Assembly: GCA_965662895.1 (NCBI GenBank)
Contig: CBFIJH010000012.1
Coordinates: 2,491-66,490 of the forward strand
Length of the DNA: 64,000 nt
Reading direction: 5' to 3'
DNA from: Candidatus Poseidoniaceae archaeon
GTDB taxonomy: Archaea > Thermoplasmatota > Poseidoniia > Poseidoniales > Poseidoniaceae
The notes beneath the pieces were generated by a model, which was not told where the DNA came from, did no database searches, and worked only from the letters and a program-made list of their open reading frames with translations. The translations under genes were made by a program, and so were the position numbers. The first letter of the stretch is position 1. Every line of letters begins with the position of its first letter. Below, piece after piece: positions 59,799 through 64,000 of the stretch.

Positions 59799-60809
59799 AT
59801 GCCGGACATGAACATGATTAAATCGCTGAATTCAGCCCTTTCTCTTTCCCTCAAAAACGACCCAAACGTCGTAATCTTTGGGGAGGATGTCGGTTACTTT
59901 GGCGGTGTATTCCGTGTCACTGAAGGCCTCCAGGAAGAATACGGAGCACACCGTGTGTTCGATTCACCCCTTGCTGAAGGCGGTATTGCCGCCATTGCTA
60001 TGGGCATGGGCTTAAACGGTCTTCGCCCTGTAGCAGAAATCCAATTCGCCGATTACATCTTCCCTGCTTACGACCAAATCGTCAATGAAATTGCGAAGTT
60101 GCGTCATCGTTCAGGAGGAGAATTTTCATCTCCAGTTACATTCCGAACACCTGCAGGTGGAGGAATTAAGGGTGGCCACCACCATTCGCAATCTCCAGAA
60201 GCACAATTCACACACACGCCTGGACTGAAGGTCGTTTACTGTTCAACACCATACAATGCCAAGGGCTTGTTGCTTGCATCAATAGAATGCAACGACCCAG
60301 TCATCTTCTTCGAGCCAAAGCGATGTTATCGCGGACCGTTCTACGGTGACCCGCACAACGTCCCTACTTGGAACGGTCATCCCGATGCAGACGTTCCTGA
60401 GGACCATTACATCGTACCTCTCGAACAAGCCAGAGTTGTTCGTGAAGGTTCTGCCTGTACTGTGATTGCGTACGGGACCATGGTTCACGTTGCCGAACAG
60501 GCCATCAAGGATTCAGGTATTGACTGTGAGTTAATCGACCTACAAACATTGGTACCATGGGACCGAGACATGGTTGTCAACTCCGTCAAGAAAACAGGAC
60601 GTTGCGTGATCGTTCACGAAGCGCCAAAGACGAGCGGATTCGGTGCAGAAATGAGCGCATCCGTCCAAGAACGATGTTTTTACCATCTTGAAGCACCAAT
60701 TCAACGTGTCACCGGTTGGGACACACCATTCCCTCACACAACGGAATGGGATTATTTACCAAGTCCTCAGCGTATCGCTGAAGCCATAAAGAAAACACAA
60801 GAGGAATAA
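59799..60809 (+). CDS. bkdA2: Branched-chain 2-oxoacid dehydrogenase E1 beta
   Basis: GEDVGYFGGVFR, EIQFADY, HSQSPE, FFEPKR, TGWDTPFP. Confidence 0.92.
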   Translation: MPDMNMIKSLNSALSLSLKNDPNVVIFGEDVGYFGGVFRVTEGLQEEYGAHRVFDSPLAEGGIAAIAMGMGLNGLRPVAEIQFADYIFPAYDQIVNEIAKLRHRSGGEFSSPVTFRTPAGGGIKGGHHHSQSPEAQFTHTPGLKVVYCSTPYNAKGLLLASIECNDPVIFFEPKRCYRGPFYGDPHNVPTWNGHPDADVPEDHYIVPLEQARVVREGSACTVIAYGTMVHVAEQAIKDSGIDCELIDLQTLVPWDRDMVVNSVKKTGRCVIVHEAPKTSGFGAEMSASVQERCFYHLEAPIQRVTGWDTPFPHTTEWDYLPSPQRIAEAIKKTQEE

Positions 60810-60811
60810 CC

Positions 60812-62095
60812 ATGGGAACATTTGCATTCAAACTACCAGATATCGGAGAAGGCGTTGTTGAAGGTGAAGTCGTCGAATGGATGGTCGCCGTTGGTGATAC
60901 CGTCAAGGAAGACGATCCAATTCTTTCGGTCATGACCGATAAGGCGACTGTCGAAATCCCAGCGCCATGCGATGGAACCGTCACGAAAATTATTGGTGAA
61001 GCAGGAGATATCCTGCCTGTTGGTGTTGTCTGCATTGAATTCGAGGTCGATGGCGATGGAAACGCATCGGCAAGTGAACCTGAACCTGCTGCACCAGCTG
61101 TCGAAGAGGCACCTGAACCCGTAGCAGAGCCAGAACCAGCACCTGCGCCTGCACCAACATCTGCCCCAGCACCAGTTGCTACTGCAGGACCAGTGGTCGA
61201 GCGTGCACCTGGCACCAAGCCACTCGCCGCCCCTGCTGTTCGACAGCGAGCTCGTGATGCTGGTGTCGATTTGTACCATGTTGCAGGATCAGGTCCTGCT
61301 GGTCGAATCACGCACGCCGACCTTGATGTTCACCTCAGTGGAGGAGCAACACGTGCTTCATCTGCAATGCCGATGGGTAGTTCTGCGAAGGTTGCTAAGA
61401 CTGGAACTGAGGAGATCAAGGTCATTGGTCTACGACGAAAGATTGCTGACTCAATGATGGCATCCTACAGCACAATTCCACACTTCTCCTACTTCGAGGA
61501 AGTCGATGTGACCGAACTCGAATCGCTCCGACAACACCTCAATGCAACACGACCAGAGGGTGCACCAAAACTCACCTACCTTCCGTTCATCATGCTCGCT
61601 CTCGTCAAGGGACTTGGGCAACGTCCAGAATGCAATGCACTGTTTGATGACGAAGCTGGCGTTGTTACTCGACACGAAGCCATTCACTTGGGAATCGCAA
61701 CACAAACCGACCGTGGACTCTACGTTCCTGTTGTCAAGCATGTCGAAGCCATGGACATTTGGTCTGCTGCGGCTGAAATGGGCCGTGTCACCCAAGCAAC
61801 ACGAGACGGCAAGGCTGGCGTTGACGACCTTTCTGGCTCGACTTTCACAATCACAAGCCTTGGCCGTATGGGTGGTCTAGGAGCAACACCCATCATTAAC
61901 AAACCAGAAGTCGGAATCCTTGGTGTTCACAATGCTAAGGATCGTGCTGTGGTCATCGATGGACGAGTTGAAGTTCGTCGAATCATGAACCTCTCATCGT
62001 CATGGGATCATCGTGTCGTAGATGGCCATGATGGCGCAAGTCTCGTTCAACTGCTCAAGTCGATGCTGGAACACCCAGCAACCATCTTCATGTGA
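60812..62095 (+). CDS. bkdB: Dihydrolipoamide acyltransferase E2
   Basis: Lipoyl domain MTDKATVE, Pro/Ala linker, GSGPAGRI, DHRVVDG. Confidence 0.93.
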   Translation: MGTFAFKLPDIGEGVVEGEVVEWMVAVGDTVKEDDPILSVMTDKATVEIPAPCDGTVTKIIGEAGDILPVGVVCIEFEVDGDGNASASEPEPAAPAVEEAPEPVAEPEPAPAPAPTSAPAPVATAGPVVERAPGTKPLAAPAVRQRARDAGVDLYHVAGSGPAGRITHADLDVHLSGGATRASSAMPMGSSAKVAKTGTEEIKVIGLRRKIADSMMASYSTIPHFSYFEEVDVTELESLRQHLNATRPEGAPKLTYLPFIMLALVKGLGQRPECNALFDDEAGVVTRHEAIHLGIATQTDRGLYVPVVKHVEAMDIWSAAAEMGRVTQATRDGKAGVDDLSGSTFTITSLGRMGGLGATPIINKPEVGILGVHNAKDRAVVIDGRVEVRRIMNLSSSWDHRVVDGHDGASLVQLLKSMLEHPATIFM

Positions 62096-62104
62096 GGTGT
62101 TTGA

Positions 62105-63535
62105 ATGAAGACGAGAAATTGCAAAGTTTTGGTTATTGGCGCAGGTCCTGGTGGATACGTTGCAGCCATCCGTGCTGGTCAACTCGGCATGGATACGGTC
62201 ATCGTTGAAGGGCAACGAGCTGGAGGAACCTGTCTGATTCGTGGATGTATTCCCTCGAAAGCACTCATTCACGCGGCTCATTCATTCCACAAACTTGCAG
62301 ACCATGCAAAGAAAGGTGGACACATGGGCATCAGCATCCCCGGCCCTGCTGAACTCAAGATGGCAGACACTGTTGCCTGGAAAGACGGGATTGTTGACCG
62401 CCTCAACAAAGGTGTTGAAGCCTTGTTAAAGAACGCAGGTGTTGAACTCATCAATGGATGGGCGGAGTTCCAAGATGCAAAGACTGTCAAGGTCGGAAAA
62501 GGCAAGGACGCACTCCTCATTCAAGCAGAAAACGTCATTCTTGCGAACGGTTCGATTCCTATTGAACTCCCGTTCATGAAGTATGGGGAGCATGTCATCT
62601 CTTCCAAAGAGGCACTTTCGCTCCAAGAACTACCAAAGCGAATCGCAGTCGTTGGAGGCGGTTACATTGGACTCGAACTTGGCATTACCTTCCGCATGCT
62701 TGGTAGTGAAGTGACCGTTGTTGAAGCGATGGATTCAGTCCTCCCAATCTTCGATAAGGAACTTCGACGGCCTCTTGAAATCGCTATCAAGAAACAGAAG
62801 ATCAAAGTTCATACCAAGGTCTTTGCAAAAGGCATTGAAGAAAATAAGGATGGAAGTGTTGATCTCCTTTACACTCCAAAAGATGCAAAGGAAGGCACGG
62901 AACCAGAACGACTCACGGTTGACAAGGTTCTGGTTACTGTTGGTCGCCGACCAATGAGTGCTGCACTTGCACCTACAGGTGTTGCTCTCGATGAGCGTGG
63001 ATTCGTCAAAGTCAACAACAAGTGTGAAACCAACATGAAAGGTGTCTATGCAATTGGAGATGTTTGTGATTTGGGCGAAATGCTTGCACACGTAGCATCG
63101 TTCCAAGGCGAAATGGTTGCTGAAATTCTTGCAGGCCAGAACCGAGCGTACGAGCCAGCAGCAGTTCCTGCTATTGTCTTTACAGAACCAGAAGTTGTCT
63201 CAGTCGGCCTTTCACCAGATGAAGCAAAGGCTGCTGGCCACCCAGTCATTACCGGAAAGTTCCCATTGGCTGCAAACGGTCGTGCACTGACCCAAGAAGC
63301 AGAGAAAACAGCAGGTTTCATTCGTGTCACAGCCCGTGAAGACGATCATCGAATTCTTGGGATTCAAGGTGTTGGAACACACATCAGCGAACTTGTTGGA
63401 GAATGGACACTCGCCATCGAAATGGGTGCACTTCTCGAAGACATTGCACACACCATCCACGCTCATCCAACGATGACAGAGATGACGCATGAAGGTGTTC
63501 TCGCAACGCTTGGGCACGCAATTCACTCCATGTAA
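62105..63535 (+). CDS. lpdA: Dihydrolipoamide dehydrogenase E3
   Basis: GAGPGGY, GGTCLIRGCIPSK, GGGYIGLE, HAHPT. Confidence 0.95.
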   Translation: MKTRNCKVLVIGAGPGGYVAAIRAGQLGMDTVIVEGQRAGGTCLIRGCIPSKALIHAAHSFHKLADHAKKGGHMGISIPGPAELKMADTVAWKDGIVDRLNKGVEALLKNAGVELINGWAEFQDAKTVKVGKGKDALLIQAENVILANGSIPIELPFMKYGEHVISSKEALSLQELPKRIAVVGGGYIGLELGITFRMLGSEVTVVEAMDSVLPIFDKELRRPLEIAIKKQKIKVHTKVFAKGIEENKDGSVDLLYTPKDAKEGTEPERLTVDKVLVTVGRRPMSAALAPTGVALDERGFVKVNNKCETNMKGVYAIGDVCDLGEMLAHVASFQGEMVAEILAGQNRAYEPAAVPAIVFTEPEVVSVGLSPDEAKAAGHPVITGKFPLAANGRALTQEAEKTAGFIRVTAREDDHRILGIQGVGTHISELVGEWTLAIEMGALLEDIAHTIHAHPTMTEMTHEGVLATLGHAIHSM

Positions 63536-63616
63536 ACAAGCAATTCCATTTTAGGGGTTCAGACGCACAAGTTCTATGAAGAAATCTTGATATTCTCCCT
63601 TTGTCTGTAATTAATC

Positions 63617-64000
63617 ATGAAGAAAAACTTGGCCGCTCTCTTCCTTTGCCTGCTGATGGTTGTAAGTTCCCTTGCTGGATGTATGGGTACTGATGATTCA
63701 ACTGATAATTCTGCAGTTACAGAATTGGAGAATGACATCACGATGCAAGATGAAAAAATTACAGAACTTGAAGCCGAAGTTGCAACATTAACGACACAGC
63801 ATCAAGATGCGGTTGCCGAATTGGCCACTGTTCAATCCACCTTGCAAACCACGCAAACAAGTTTGGATTCCGCAGAAGGCAATACATCCATGCACAAAGA
63901 AGAGATTTCTTCACTTGAAGCGGAGCGAGACGTGGCCCAAGCTGAAATCAGTATGCTCTATGAATTGATGAGCAACATGAGCGATCAATCGAACGAGACC
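63617..64000 (+). CDS. Lipoprotein with a coiled-coil region (partial)
   Basis: MKKNLAALFLCLLMVVSSLAGC lipobox followed by heptad-like sequence; open to the window end. Confidence 0.75.
   Translation, partial: MKKNLAALFLCLLMVVSSLAGCMGTDDSTDNSAVTELENDITMQDEKITELEAEVATLTTQHQDAVAELATVQSTLQTTQTSLDSAEGNTSMHKEEISSLEAERDVAQAEISMLYELMSNMSDQSNET

Overview
This is a gene-dense archaeal chromosomal segment. An unsplit Rpo2, a bacterial-type acyltransferase, bkd and gdhA genes, and several very large TSP3-repeat surface proteins suggest Marine Group II Thermoplasmatota (Ca. Poseidoniales); this is inference. Contents in order: a partial surface-protein gene; the RNA polymerase operon (rpo5-rpo2-rpo1N-rpo1C-rpl30e, with no nusA following); tRNA-Lys; a HemK-biotin ligase fusion; Pop5; a divergent FtsZ; and a five-gene Rieske/cytochrome b6-type operon. 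Next come a convergent gshA/asnB/ferredoxin/MeaB/mutase run, an acyltransferase, a biotin-dependent carboxylase module, surface proteins, an archaellin-like pair and gdhA. The right part holds an RHH regulator with a putative operator, an unexplained structured intergenic RNA, an XPD-like helicase, a 2983-aa transglutaminase-like surface protein, tRNA-Leu, and lipA plus the branched-chain 2-oxoacid dehydrogenase operon. Three candidates stand out as novel. (1) A b6f-like complex whose subunit IV is fused to an HdrD-like Fe-S/CCG module, alongside a candidate cytochrome f analogue. (2) A remodelled RNA polymerase in which Rpo5 and Rpo1C carry the same extra N-terminal domain and Rpo1N has a Cys-flanked insertion in its dock domain. 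(3) An RHH gene, operator repeats and an unidentified structured ncRNA at about 41.2-42.0 kb. No CRISPR array, rRNA gene or mobile element was recognised. All calls come from reading motifs by eye; no database searches were run.
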